A stretch of 64,000 nt of DNA from Candidatus Aenigmatarchaeota archaeon (GTDB taxonomy: Archaea; Aenigmatarchaeota; Aenigmatarchaeia; CG10238-14; SCSR01). The stretch lies in NCBI GenBank assembly GCA_038998335.1, contig JAVZHQ010000001.1, positions 738,038 to 802,037 of the forward strand, given 5' to 3'. Position 1 is the stretch's first letter, and every line of letters begins with the position of its first letter. Positions 49,122 to 59,140 of the stretch are shown here, piece after piece. The notes beneath the pieces were generated by a model. It searched no databases. It worked only from the letters and a program-made list of their open reading frames with translations, and was not told the origin of the DNA. Made by a program: the position numbers and the translations under genes.

Positions 49122-49685
49122 TCACTTCTTTTCTTCCTTTTTTTCTGTTGCAATTCTAACAGCTTTTCTTATAACACCAACAACCCTTCCCTTTCTGAAA
49201 GAGCTTCTTGTTCTTTGTCCTCTCACTGGCAAGCCAAGCATATGTCTTATTCCCTTATAAGTCTTCAAGTCAATCATTCTCTGAATATCAAATTTCCTCT
49301 GGATTTCAACATCAGCCCCTGACAAGTGTATATCTTTGCCTGTTTCTCTGTTCTTTCTTCTGTTCAATAAATAAGGCGGAATTCCATAACTTAAAGGATC
49401 TTTTATTATTTTTTCTATTTTTTGAACTTCTTCTTCACTCAAATTTCCAAGTTTTGTTCTTTGGTCAATTCCAGCAACTTCACAAACTGCTTTACTAAAA
49501 GTAAAACTAACTCCTTTTATTCCTTTTAAAGCATACATCAAAGGTTTTTCTCCATCCAAATCTGTGTTTAAAATTCTAACAATTTTTCTAACTTTAACTT
49601 CCTTAGGTTTTTTAACCTCTTCCTTAGGCTTTTCTCTTTCCTTAGGCTTTTCTTCTTCTTTACCTTTTACCTTTGTTACTCCCAT
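49122..49685 (-). CDS. rps13: 30S ribosomal protein uS13
   Basis: IKGV, YKGIRH..GLPVRGQRT. Confidence 0.97.
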   Translation of the reverse strand: MGVTKVKGKEEEKPKEREKPKEEVKKPKEVKVRKIVRILNTDLDGEKPLMYALKGIKGVSFTFSKAVCEVAGIDQRTKLGNLSEEEVQKIEKIIKDPLSYGIPPYLLNRRKNRETGKDIHLSGADVEIQRKFDIQRMIDLKTYKGIRHMLGLPVRGQRTRSSFRKGRVVGVIRKAVRIATEKKEEKK

Positions 49686-49737
49686 TTTCTCTTGCCTATA
49701 ATCTTTACACGCGTTTTTAAAACTTATAAATTTAAAA

Positions 49738-49809
49738 TGGACCGGCCGGGATTTGAACCCAGAACCTCCACCATGCCAAGGTGGCGATCTACCGTTGATC
49801 TACCGGCCC
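49738..49809 (-). tRNA. tRNA-Ala(GGC)
   Basis: GGGCCGG/CCGGTCC acceptor with G3:U70; CCACC-TT GGC AT-GGTGG. Confidence 0.96.
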
Positions 49810-49810
49810 A

Positions 49811-50818
49811 TTAGCTAATTCTTCTTAAATTTTCTATATTATCACAACTTTTTTTAACATGACATCCTAAGCATGCTCTTCTTTCTAAGTTCTGCATTTT
49901 TCCCTTTTCTGGTATTGTTTTGCTTTTGCAAACCATTTCTATTTCATTTTTATATTTTAAAAACTTTTTTTTCATATTTTCGTCTATGTTTATTTTCACG
50001 AGCGCTTTTGATTCAAAGAATATCAAATAACTTTTATTAATTTTTTTTCTAAAAAATTCTTCAAGTAGTATTGCCTCACCAACACTTTGTAGCAAATGCT
50101 CTTCTTTTATCCCTTTGCTACTAAGCTTGCCCAACTTTATATCAATAGGAACGATTTCATTTTCCTTTATTCCAATAATGTCTGGCGTGCCAGTTAAACC
50201 GATTTTTAAAGAGCAAAGTGTTTTTTCTGTGAACAAATACTTAAAATTCTCTTCATCCAAAAGATCGTAAAACCTTATAATAAAATCTTTCAAAGCTCCT
50301 TTTGTTAGGTTTGTTTTCTCTTCATACTTTTTTAAAGCACTTTCAACACTATAATCAATAACATTTTCTATAGGCCTTTTCATTATATTTTTGATAAAGA
50401 TGTTTAGAGCTAGATGAATTACTTCTCCATCCCAAGTCTTACCTTTTTCTTCTTTAAATTCTTTAGCTAAAACAATTTTTTCTAAAAAAAGTCTTCTTGG
50501 ACATTGATAGAATTTGCTTACTTCTAATGGTGTAACAAAAAGTTTTTTGTTTTTACTAGATAAGAACCTTATTTTTTTTGCAATTTCTTCAACATCTTTA
50601 ATTTCTTCCCTCACTTTTATTTTTCCTTCCTTACCTTCAATTGCTTTTTTCTTTTCAAGTTCTTGTAACATTATAAAAAGCAAGTCAGATGAACCAATGT
50701 TCTTAGCAATCATTTTGATTAAAATATCCTCAAGCTTAACTTCTTCGTTTAAGTAAAAGTTCAAAATTTGTGCGATTGTATAAATATCTTTATCCTTAAA
50801 CTCAATTCCAACCTTCAT
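49811..50818 (-). CDS. Solo Cas4-like PD-(D/E)XK nuclease with N-terminal extension
   Basis: YQCPRR, G...H, GTPDII, PIDIK, C-terminal CxxC-x5-C (Fe-S staple pattern). Confidence 0.82.
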   Translation of the reverse strand: MKVGIEFKDKDIYTIAQILNFYLNEEVKLEDILIKMIAKNIGSSDLLFIMLQELEKKKAIEGKEGKIKVREEIKDVEEIAKKIRFLSSKNKKLFVTPLEVSKFYQCPRRLFLEKIVLAKEFKEEKGKTWDGEVIHLALNIFIKNIMKRPIENVIDYSVESALKKYEEKTNLTKGALKDFIIRFYDLLDEENFKYLFTEKTLCSLKIGLTGTPDIIGIKENEIVPIDIKLGKLSSKGIKEEHLLQSVGEAILLEEFFRKKINKSYLIFFESKALVKINIDENMKKKFLKYKNEIEMVCKSKTIPEKGKMQNLERRACLGCHVKKSCDNIENLRRIS

Positions 50819-50831
50819 TTAACTCACAGAA

Positions 50832-50990
50832 TTATTTTTTAGAAACCCACTTCAACTTTTTTGGGTCTCTCCCTAAGAGATAATTTTTTTCACACTTTGA
50901 ACCGCAAAAATAAAGAATTTCTCCACTATTTCTTACAAACATTTTTCCTTTATTTATCTTGAAATTTCTACTACAGAAACTGCATTTCAT
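50832..50990 (-). CDS. rpl24e: 50S ribosomal protein eL24 (absent from ORF track)
   Basis: MKCSFC...GKMFVRNSG...FCGSKCEKN...RDPKKLKW. Confidence 0.95.
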   Translation of the reverse strand: MKCSFCSRNFKINKGKMFVRNSGEILYFCGSKCEKNYLLGRDPKKLKWVSKK

Positions 50991-50994
50991 AAAA

Positions 50995-51204
50995 TTACCT
51001 TTCTTCCATCTTTGCGGCAGTTTCCATCTCTGTTTCTCTAAGCATCAGTATATCTCCAATTCTTATCGGCCCTATAACATTTCTTGTTAAAACTTTTCCT
51101 TTATCAGGACCTTCTAAAACTTTACATCTTACTTGAGTAACGCCTCTAACTCCAGTCCTTCCTAATATCTGTAAAACTTCTGCAGGGTAAGCATCTTTTG
51201 CCAT
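50995..51204 (-). CDS. rps28e: 30S ribosomal protein eS28
   Basis: [22 protein letters not shown]. Confidence 0.97.
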   Translation of the reverse strand: MAKDAYPAEVLQILGRTGVRGVTQVRCKVLEGPDKGKVLTRNVIGPIRIGDILMLRETEMETAAKMEER

Positions 51205-51206
51205 TT

Positions 51207-51575
51207 TTATCCTTTAATTTCTGAAATTCTTTCTACAATTTCTTTTAAGCTTTCTTTTGCTTCTCCAGGTTCAACTATACAAACAGATGCAGCAGCAACA
51301 TCTATTCCAGCAGCCCTTCCAAGTTCTTGCTTGCTAGGAACGTATACATAAGGAATTCCTTTTTCTTCACATAAACTAGGAAGATGCATTACAATTTCTT
51401 CTGGCTCAACATCTTCTGCTATTACAACTAACTTCGCTAAACCTTTTTCTACAGCTTTTGTGGTTTCGTTTGTTCCTTTTTTAACTCTTCCTGTGTTTTT
51501 TGCAACCTCAATAGTTTGCAATACCTTATCACTTAAGTCTTTTGGCACGTTAAATTTAACATAGGCTTTCGGCAT
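51207..51575 (-). CDS. rpl7ae: 50S ribosomal protein L7Ae
   Basis: [22 protein letters not shown]. Confidence 0.98.
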   Translation of the reverse strand: MPKAYVKFNVPKDLSDKVLQTIEVAKNTGRVKKGTNETTKAVEKGLAKLVVIAEDVEPEEIVMHLPSLCEEKGIPYVYVPSKQELGRAAGIDVAAASVCIVEPGEAKESLKEIVERISEIKG

Positions 51576-51689
51576 ACCACCACCTCATGCCACTATCAAA
51601 TTCTATACATATTACAAGGTTTATATACTTTTTGTATTCTAATTAATAACTTTTCCAAAAGAATAAATATGAAAGCATTTTTTTAATGG

Positions 51690-53354
51690 TTATTTATGAG
51701 CAAAAAATAAAACAATCTTATCTTCACTTACCTCATCAACCCTAGCAAAACCTATCCTTTGAAGCTGAACTATTTCATCATTTTTAACCTTTTTAATTTC
51801 AGGTTCTGCTATCCCTTTTTTAATCTTGCCATCTGGCATGACCAATTCAACATTAAAATTTGGTTCAGAAACCCATTGTATTTTTTGGGTTTCCATCCTT
51901 ATTTTTTCACTAATAAACTCTGCGTTTTTCTTCAGCTTAATAGAAAAAAGATTTATTAGTCCGACTTCCTTATTTCTAAATTTTTTCAAATCCTCTTTTT
52001 CAACAAATATTTCATCAGTTTTTACAGGTAAAGTTCTATAACCTCTTTCAGGAAAATCGGGATGTAATGGGATTTTAACTTCCTTTATCAAAGGAGCGTT
52101 TCTCACAGAAATTTTTTCAGGTTCTAAAACTACAAAGTATCTGTTCGCTTCTGCATCGATAATCTTTCTATTTTCAGCATACAGAATTTCTGCAGGTACG
52201 GTAACGTCTGCTAAGCTTAAACCCATGTTAACTATAAACTTTCTTATAGCTTCTGGTTTTATTCCCCTTCTTCTCAAGGATTGCAAACTCCATGTTCTTG
52301 GATCATCCCAACCAAAGAATTCACCCCTTTCTATAGCTTTTCTCGCTTGAGTTTTGCTTAACTTCATTTCCTTTATGCTTAGTAAGCCATAATGAATGAA
52401 AACAGGTTTTTTAAGTCCAAGCTTGTTCCATATGAATTCTTCTACCATATCTTCGATTACCAAGTCCTTTCCTCTGAGAATATGGGTAATTCCTAATAAC
52501 TGATCGTCAACAGCCCAACTAAACTCAAGAAGAGGCCAAACTTTATACTTCTCACCAACTCTTGGATGTTTTCTTTCTACTATTCTAAAAAGAACTCTAT
52601 CCCTGAAAGCAGGGTTAGGATGTTTCATATCAGTTTTCAACCTTAAAACTGCCTCACCTTCGCGATATTTTCCACTTAACATTTTTTTCCATTTTTCCAA
52701 GTTTTCTTCTTCACTTTGGTTTCTATGCAGGCATTCTTTCCCTAAGCTCCTGTTTTTTCTTAAAGTTTCTGCGTCGCATTCACAAACATAAGCCAAACCT
52801 TTTTTTATCAACTCTTCTGCATGTTTATAAAATATTTCTAATCTATCCGACTTGTAAATGGTTTCGTCCCATTTCACACCAAGCCATTTTAAACCATCAA
52901 TAATCATATCGTAAGCTTCTGGTAGAACAAACTTTTCTTCTGAACCAATGGTATCATCTATAACCAAGAGCAACTTTCCCTCATATTTTTTCACGTATTC
53001 GTCATTAAGTATAACCATTCTTGCATTTCCTATGTGTAAAGGACCAGAAGGATAAGGAGCGAGCCTCATGACCACTTTGCCAACTTCAGCATTAGGTAAT
53101 GGAGGTAGTTCCTTTTTCTCTACCTTCGGTTTTTCTATTTCAACTCCAAGTTCTTCCAGCTTCTTTTTTTGTTCTTCCAAGCTTAAAGAATTCACTTCCT
53201 TTACAATTTTTCTTATTTTTTCAACTAATTCTTTCCTTTTATCTTTTAATTCTGGTTTTTCCGCTAGAATCTTTCCAAGCACAGCATCGACTTTAGCCTT
53301 TCCTCCATATTTTACTGCGTTTATTAAACAATGCTTCAGTATCTCATTTTCCAT
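51690..53354 (-). CDS. gltX: Glutamate--tRNA ligase (archaeal type)
   Basis: APYPSGPLHIGN, THILRGKD, LSK, GWDDPR. Confidence 0.97.
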   Translation of the reverse strand: MENEILKHCLINAVKYGGKAKVDAVLGKILAEKPELKDKRKELVEKIRKIVKEVNSLSLEEQKKKLEELGVEIEKPKVEKKELPPLPNAEVGKVVMRLAPYPSGPLHIGNARMVILNDEYVKKYEGKLLLVIDDTIGSEEKFVLPEAYDMIIDGLKWLGVKWDETIYKSDRLEIFYKHAEELIKKGLAYVCECDAETLRKNRSLGKECLHRNQSEEENLEKWKKMLSGKYREGEAVLRLKTDMKHPNPAFRDRVLFRIVERKHPRVGEKYKVWPLLEFSWAVDDQLLGITHILRGKDLVIEDMVEEFIWNKLGLKKPVFIHYGLLSIKEMKLSKTQARKAIERGEFFGWDDPRTWSLQSLRRRGIKPEAIRKFIVNMGLSLADVTVPAEILYAENRKIIDAEANRYFVVLEPEKISVRNAPLIKEVKIPLHPDFPERGYRTLPVKTDEIFVEKEDLKKFRNKEVGLINLFSIKLKKNAEFISEKIRMETQKIQWVSEPNFNVELVMPDGKIKKGIAEPEIKKVKNDEIVQLQRIGFARVDEVSEDKIVLFFAHK

Positions 53355-53428
53355 AACTATAAGAAATAAAAATAAAAAGAAAAAGTTAACTGAGACTCAG
53401 TTTATTGATTTAGCTTTTTGCGACGCTT

Positions 53429-54019
53429 CTATAGAGAAATGTTACAAATCCTTAAGGTTTTTCGCTCTTCGTTTCTTACTTCTTCCCTATCTCTTAATGT
53501 CAAGCCTTTCCATTCTCCTCTTACTGGTCTTGTTTCCATTCTTGTTTCATTTCTAACTTCCTTGTGAACCTTTCCCAACCCAGGGTTTTGTAGAGGTATA
53601 GAGTTAAATTTATAGCAACAAGGTTTCTTAAAAGTTATCAAGTAATTTTTAAAATCACCAGAAATGCTTGAGCCACAAGCAAACTTTTGGGTCAATAATG
53701 TGAGAACACTTCCGTCATCGCTTTTGTAAAAAAAGATTTTTGTACCTTCTGGCTTTGTGATGTTTCCGATTTCTTCCATTTTAAAGACATCGTTGCCTAT
53801 TACTAGATAAATATTTTTTTCATTTCCGTATTCCATGACCAGAAAGGCAGCTTGTTTAGTTTCGTTTGTTGTTTTATCAAAAGCTACCCCTTCTAGCACT
53901 TCAGTTTTTGTAAAATTAGGTTGAGAAAAGCTTAACCGAGTTTCAGAAGCTTTTGCAACTGCTAAGACTCCTATTACGCTTATTATAGACAACCCTAAGA
54001 CCAACATTTTTTTATTCAT
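53429..54019 (-). CDS. Hypothetical secreted protein
   Basis: Signal-peptide-like start MNKKMLVLGLSIISVIGVLAVA. Confidence 0.65.
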   Translation of the reverse strand: MNKKMLVLGLSIISVIGVLAVAKASETRLSFSQPNFTKTEVLEGVAFDKTTNETKQAAFLVMEYGNEKNIYLVIGNDVFKMEEIGNITKPEGTKIFFYKSDDGSVLTLLTQKFACGSSISGDFKNYLITFKKPCCYKFNSIPLQNPGLGKVHKEVRNETRMETRPVRGEWKGLTLRDREEVRNEERKTLRICNISL

Positions 54020-54131
54020 CTTTTCACCTTTCAAAAATTTTAAAATGAAACCTTATTAAATCAAAAGATTTTTTTGGGTCTTCACCCTAAATCTTTTTTA
54101 AACTTAAAAACATTTTGAATAAAAGATAATT

Positions 54132-54893
54132 ATGGAAGAAGAAGTGAAAATTTCAAGAGAGTTTTTAAAAACAATAAGTGTAGATACTAGGGTGGACATT
54201 CTAAAAGCTTTAGAAGAAAGGCCGATGACAGCTTCAGAACTTTCCAGATTTCTGAACAAGCATGTAACAACAATTTCAGAGCATCTAGAAATTTTAAAGA
54301 AGTCAAACTTGGTAGAAAGGGTAGAAAGACCTGGAAGAAAATGGGTCTATTATAGATTGACAAGGGAAGGTAAAAGGATTCTTCACCCATCATCTTACCG
54401 TTGGGTAATGGTTTTGTCGGTATCTTTTATAGCAATTTTAGTAGGACTTTTTATCTGGAATGTAGAAGCTTATCCTGGTGATTTTCTTTATCCTGTTAAG
54501 CGTGCAAGAGAAAGCTTAGAACTTTTCTTTACATTAAGCGAATCGGAAAGGGTTGACAAATATATCAACCTAGCAGAGGAAAGACTTAAAGAAGCAAAAG
54601 TATTGATAGAAAGAGGGAGGGAAGACTTAGCCAAAGAGATTGTAAGTGAGTATACAAAACAAATAGAAAGAGTGGGAAAAGAAGTTAAAGAGAAAGCAAC
54701 TTTCTCTAACTTAGAAACTCTTAGTGAATCAACCTCAAAAACAATCTTCATGCTTCAAAATCTTAAGGTAAAAGCACCAAAATTAAGTGAAGAGATAAAC
54801 TTAGCTTTAAACGTTTCCTTAGAAACTCACAGAGGAGCTGTTAGGCAACTAGGAAAAATTACTGGAAGAGCTTATTCTTCTGCAATCCCTTAA
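54132..54893 (+). CDS. ArsR-like wHTH + TM + DUF5667-like external domain
   Basis: TRVDIL...TASELS...HLEIL, TM helix, PGDFLYPVKR..E. Confidence 0.8.
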   Translation: MEEEVKISREFLKTISVDTRVDILKALEERPMTASELSRFLNKHVTTISEHLEILKKSNLVERVERPGRKWVYYRLTREGKRILHPSSYRWVMVLSVSFIAILVGLFIWNVEAYPGDFLYPVKRARESLELFFTLSESERVDKYINLAEERLKEAKVLIERGREDLAKEIVSEYTKQIERVGKEVKEKATFSNLETLSESTSKTIFMLQNLKVKAPKLSEEINLALNVSLETHRGAVRQLGKITGRAYSSAIP

Positions 54894-55729
54894 GCATTTA
54901 TTATTGAGGCGTAACCAACTACAGAGCCAAACTCTTCTGTGATGTTACCAGAAGTAGCATACTTAAGAAGTTTCATTTTTTTGACTTTCATTTCTTTTGC
55001 TACGACAATTGCTATTGCTATTGGGCCAAAACCACATACGCTTGCGTTTTTTTCATTTACTTTCTCAAAAAATTCCTTTTCATCAAGTTTTATTATCGAT
55101 TTAATTAAGCCTAAGTCAGTTTTTTCTGCTATTTCTTGGGGAACATAGTGTGAAAAATCTGAACTAGCTATTAAGCATAATTTTTCTTTCTCTTTTTTCA
55201 TTAAGTTAGCTATGGCTTTTCCAATTATTCTACAGCTTTCTAAAAGAGTGTCGTCAGCAAACTCGTTTAAAACACAAACGGGAATAAACTTAAAATCATT
55301 TCCAAACCTGAATTGCAAGAAAGGAAGCTGAACTTCGATAGAATGCTCATACTGATGTGCTAAAACATCTTGTTCTAAAATTTCACATTCTTTAAAAAGT
55401 TTTTCTGCCATGTTTTCATGGATACTTACTCCTCCCAAAGGTGTTTTCCAGATACCAGATTTCATTAGAGCAAACTTCGATCCCATTCCTGAATGGTTTG
55501 GCCCAATAATTATAAAGTTCGCTTTATCAAGCCTTGAATAAACCCAAGCAGCAACAGGTCCAGAATAAGCATAGCCTGCGTGCGGTACTATAGCTGTTAT
55601 CACTTTTTGCTTTTTTATACTTTTTGGTCCCAATTTATGATTGAAACAGTAGTTTATTTCTTTCTTTAGAGATTCAGGGTTAATGCTATAAAAACTTCCT
55701 GCTACTACGGGCTCTCTTAAGATCAACAT
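54890..55729 (-). CDS. MEMO1 / AmmeMemoRadiSam protein B
   Basis: VAGSFY, PHAGY.YSG, EHSIEVQLPF, SSDFSHY, CG.GP. Confidence 0.95.
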   Translation of the reverse strand: MLILREPVVAGSFYSINPESLKKEINYCFNHKLGPKSIKKQKVITAIVPHAGYAYSGPVAAWVYSRLDKANFIIIGPNHSGMGSKFALMKSGIWKTPLGGVSIHENMAEKLFKECEILEQDVLAHQYEHSIEVQLPFLQFRFGNDFKFIPVCVLNEFADDTLLESCRIIGKAIANLMKKEKEKLCLIASSDFSHYVPQEIAEKTDLGLIKSIIKLDEKEFFEKVNEKNASVCGFGPIAIAIVVAKEMKVKKMKLLKYATSGNITEEFGSVVGYASIINA

Positions 55730-55983
55730 CGGTATTCACTTTTAAAAATTATCTTTTAAGCTAATATGTTTTTTGTCTTGTTTCTTTTTATTTATATTTT
55801 TCCAAATATATTTTTTTATATTTAAATATTCTGGAAACTATATAATTTGAAACATTTTTTAAAAATATTTTTTCTGCACGAATATTTTTTTAAACAACTT
55901 TCAAATAATATACTTCAAAATAGCTATATAACTAACTATAAATATATCTTTTTCACTAAATTATAATTGGAGTGTGAGAAGCT

Positions 55984-56280
55984 TTGGTCAAAGAAAAGTC
56001 TGCCTCAAGACTCTTCTTGAGACAAAAACCTGTTAAACTTCTTGTGAGTTTAAGTTCAGGGCCAAAGTATGCCACAATTCTATCAAAAGAAATAGATTGT
56101 ACCTATTCTCACACAGTAAAATTGCTCGATCAATTCAAATCTTTTGGTTTGGTTGAGTTTGAAAAGAAGGGAAGAATAAAAACAGTTACTCTTACTGCCC
56201 TAGGCGAGGATCTAGCTAGTGCTGTAGAGAATGTTTTAGCAAAACTTTCCAAACTTAAAGAAAAAACACAAGAGAAGTAG
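55984..56280 (+). CDS. MarR-like winged-helix regulator
   Basis: LSKEIDCTYSH...GLVEFEKKGR...LT..G. Confidence 0.85.
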   Translation: MVKEKSASRLFLRQKPVKLLVSLSSGPKYATILSKEIDCTYSHTVKLLDQFKSFGLVEFEKKGRIKTVTLTALGEDLASAVENVLAKLSKLKEKTQEK

Positions 56281-56281
56281 T

Positions 56282-56809
56282 ATGTCTGAGATACTAGTTC
56301 TTGTGGACGAGCTTGATAATATAATAGGTTTTGATACAAAGGAAAATTGTCATTTGGGTGAAGGGAAGTTGCACAGAGGTTTTGTGGTATTTCTTTTTGA
56401 CGAAGAAAATAGAATTCTTGTACAAAAAAGAAGTGAACAAAAAACTTTGTACAACGGCTTTTGGGACGCTTCTGTTGCAAGCCATCCTCTTAAAAAGGAA
56501 GATAGAATAGAAACTTATGAAGAAGCAGCAAGAAGAAGGTTAGGTGAAGAGTTAGGAATTTATAAAGATGTTTTGCTTGAAAGGATTTTAGATTATGTTT
56601 ATTATGCACCTTTTGGAAAATATTCAGAAAGAGAGTTTTGTGTCTTATTGAAGGGAGAATATGAAGGTGAAGTTAATCCAAATCCGAATGAGATAGCAGC
56701 TTACAGATATTTATGTATCAGAGATTTAAGAAAAGAGATAAAGAAAAATCCTTATGCTTATACTCCTTGGTTTAAAATCGCTTTTGAAAAGTTTCTTAAA
56801 ACTTTTTAG
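56282..56809 (+). CDS. idi: Type 1 isopentenyl-diphosphate isomerase (NUDIX fold)
   Basis: VDE.D, H...LHR, ASHP, RRL.EELG, ERE, TPWF. Confidence 0.85.
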   Translation: MSEILVLVDELDNIIGFDTKENCHLGEGKLHRGFVVFLFDEENRILVQKRSEQKTLYNGFWDASVASHPLKKEDRIETYEEAARRRLGEELGIYKDVLLERILDYVYYAPFGKYSEREFCVLLKGEYEGEVNPNPNEIAAYRYLCIRDLRKEIKKNPYAYTPWFKIAFEKFLKTF

Positions 56810-56831
56810 AAAAAAAAGCTAATAATTATAA

Positions 56832-57110
56832 GTGGGAGTAAAAGAGTTTTTTAAACCAACTTGGAAGAAAATAATAATTTTTGCTGTTATATTTACTTTT
56901 ACTTCGATTACAGGAATTCTTTACGAAAGTGTTTCTTTACAAAAAGGTTCGATTGTGCTTGTAGGTTCACCTTTACCTTACCTTGTTAGCTGCAATAAAG
57001 CAAAAACAGTTTGCCCAGAATTGTCAGTTGCTTTCAATATATTTGCCCTTCTTGGGGATGTAATTTTATGGTATATAGCTGCTTGTGCTGTTTGCTTACT
57101 CTTAAGGTAA
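56832..57110 (+). CDS. Small membrane protein
   Basis: FFKPTWKK start, two TMs. Confidence 0.65.
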   Translation: MGVKEFFKPTWKKIIIFAVIFTFTSITGILYESVSLQKGSIVLVGSPLPYLVSCNKAKTVCPELSVAFNIFALLGDVILWYIAACAVCLLLR

Positions 57111-57197
57111 ACTTTTAAGGGTATCTATTTCTAAACGTTTTTAAACAAAAAGTTTTTGGACTTTAAAAATATTATACGAACTTTCTATATTTTATTT

Positions 57198-58010
57198 ATG
57201 GAAGAACTAAAAAAACTCGAAACTGAACTTAAGATAAGAGGCTTTTCAGATAAAACAGTAAAGGCTTACTTGTTCTGGAACAAAAAATTTTTGGAACAAG
57301 TTAAGAAAAAACCAGAGGAAGTTGGAGAAGATGATGTGAAAAGTTTCATAGCACAAAAAATCTCAGAAAATGTTTCGCCTAAATCAATAGTTTTGATTAA
57401 AGCTGCACTTAAATTTTTTTACCATGAAGTTTTAGGCAAGAAAGTAGTCAATTTCAAAACACCAAAAATCTCAAAAAGTTTGCCGATAGTTCTAACAAAA
57501 GAAGAGGTAAAGAAGCTTATAAACTCTGTAGAAAACAAAAAACATCAACTTATAATTAAACTTCTTTATTCTTCCGGTTTAAGGTTGAGCGAGCTAGTTA
57601 ATCTTAAAGTTGGAGATTTGGAATTGGACGAAAATATTGGCTGGGTAAGAGGAGGAAAAGGAAAAAAAGATAGGTTATTTATCATTTCAAAAAAGCTTTG
57701 TGAAGAACTTAAAAGTTTGGTTGAAGGAAGAAATGAAGAAGAATTTCTCTTTCCTGGAAGGAAAGGAAGGATGTCTGAAAGGAATATCCAAAAAATAATT
57801 AAAATTGCAGCAAAAAAAGCAGGAATAGATAAGCCTGTCCATCCTCACACTTTGCGTCACAGCTTTGCAACTCACTTGCTAGAAGCAGGAGAAAACATAA
57901 GAAAAATTCAAGAACTTTTGGGTCATTCTAATTTATCTACAACTCAAATTTATACTCATGTTTCAACAGAAGAATTAAAAAAAGTGAAAAATCCTCTTGA
58001 TGAGTTATAG
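57198..58010 (+). CDS. xerA: XerA-like tyrosine recombinase
   Basis: SGLRLSE, GKG.K.R, HTLRHSFATH, LLGH, TTQIY. Confidence 0.92.
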   Translation: MEELKKLETELKIRGFSDKTVKAYLFWNKKFLEQVKKKPEEVGEDDVKSFIAQKISENVSPKSIVLIKAALKFFYHEVLGKKVVNFKTPKISKSLPIVLTKEEVKKLINSVENKKHQLIIKLLYSSGLRLSELVNLKVGDLELDENIGWVRGGKGKKDRLFIISKKLCEELKSLVEGRNEEEFLFPGRKGRMSERNIQKIIKIAAKKAGIDKPVHPHTLRHSFATHLLEAGENIRKIQELLGHSNLSTTQIYTHVSTEELKKVKNPLDEL

Positions 58011-58018
58011 GTTTAATT

Positions 58019-58360
58019 TTATTTTGAATGTTTTTCAGCTATATCTCCAGCAATTGGTAGTTTATATTTTTCTCCTTGATAACTCTTGATTATCAAAATT
58101 ATCCAGAGAGCAAATGTAAGAAGGCCGATTAGTGTTGAAATAACCCAACCCGCAACTGGTATTAGATTAAAGAAAATAGCGACAACTGTTAAACCTAAGA
58201 ATGTTATTATGGATTGCAACGCATGAAATTTTACAAACTTACTCTTGTTTTCTAGGATAAGAAATATTAGACCTGTTATCCACCCTAGAACATAGCAAAG
58301 TGCGCCTTCTACATTTTCTTCTAAACCCAAGCTGGTTTTCTCTTTTTTTGTTTTCTTCAT
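58019..58360 (-). CDS. DUF4870-like membrane protein
   Basis: GALCY, FVKFHALQS, YKLP..G. Confidence 0.85.
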   Translation of the reverse strand: MKKTKKEKTSLGLEENVEGALCYVLGWITGLIFLILENKSKFVKFHALQSIITFLGLTVVAIFFNLIPVAGWVISTLIGLLTFALWIILIIKSYQGEKYKLPIAGDIAEKHSK

Positions 58361-58405
58361 AAATTTTATTTGATTGTTAACTTTATAAGCTTAGAATTTT
58401 TTCTT

Positions 58406-58421
58406 TGTTAGACGTCTAACA
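58406..58421. repeat. Palindrome TGTTAGACGTCTAACA (copy 2)
   Basis: Identical to 47318-47333; between divergent genes. Confidence 0.85.
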
Positions 58422-58458
58422 TTTAGGAAATTTTTAACAGTAAAGTAATCTTATTATT

Positions 58459-58821
58459 ATGCTCCAGTTTGAAATTTTAATTTATACAACTTTTGCAACA
58501 AGCTGGATATTTTTAGGTATAACTTCAGTTTTAATAGTTTTTCATCTTTACAAAATTTTGAAAGAACATGAAGATATTTCCATGGTTTCTTTTCTCTTAA
58601 ATCCAAGAGAAACCTTTACTGACATAAAAATTGCTTATTTTGCTTGTTTGTCTGTATTTTTAGGTTTCTTGTTCGCTATCCCATCTTCTCACACTTACCT
58701 TACTCAAAATTACCTTTATTACTTTTTCATCCTGTTTCCTCTTTTTGGTTCGACTATATTTGCTTTTTTAATGTTTTTAATAGCTTTAAGGTGGTTAAGG
58801 AGGTTTAAAAGGTATGCTTGA
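58459..58821 (+). CDS. Three-TM membrane protein
   Basis: Hydrophobic helices. Confidence 0.6.
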   Translation: MLQFEILIYTTFATSWIFLGITSVLIVFHLYKILKEHEDISMVSFLLNPRETFTDIKIAYFACLSVFLGFLFAIPSSHTYLTQNYLYYFFILFPLFGSTIFAFLMFLIALRWLRRFKRYA

Positions 58822-59140
58822 ATTTTTTTATACTGTTGCTTGGTATGCGATAACTTCTTTAACTACAGTACTCTCTTCCATTCTTTTTTATTATTCATCG
58901 CAATTATACAGAAACTTTAAGAGAAGCAAGAATTTTGCACTTCTCATGTTTTTTACAAAACCAAAAATCCCAGAAGCCTTCAAAAAACTATGTTTTTTTA
59001 TGTTTTTATTTTTGGTTTTAATGGTTTTTGCCATATTTTTCCTTCCTTATTCTTTATTGTTAGCTTGGATAGGTGCTGACATAGTTTTACTAGGTTTTAT
59101 CTCTTTTTTTAAAACTCTAGCAGAAAATACAAAAGAGTGA
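58814..59140 (+). CDS. Three-TM membrane protein
   Basis: Hydrophobic helices; overlaps upstream gene. Confidence 0.6.
   Translation: MLEFFYTVAWYAITSLTTVLSSILFYYSSQLYRNFKRSKNFALLMFFTKPKIPEAFKKLCFFMFLFLVLMVFAIFFLPYSLLLAWIGADIVLLGFISFFKTLAENTKE

Noticed and set aside
55730-55983. AT-rich gap as a replication origin
   Set aside because: No ORB-like repeats or initiator gene; explained as a divergent promoter region
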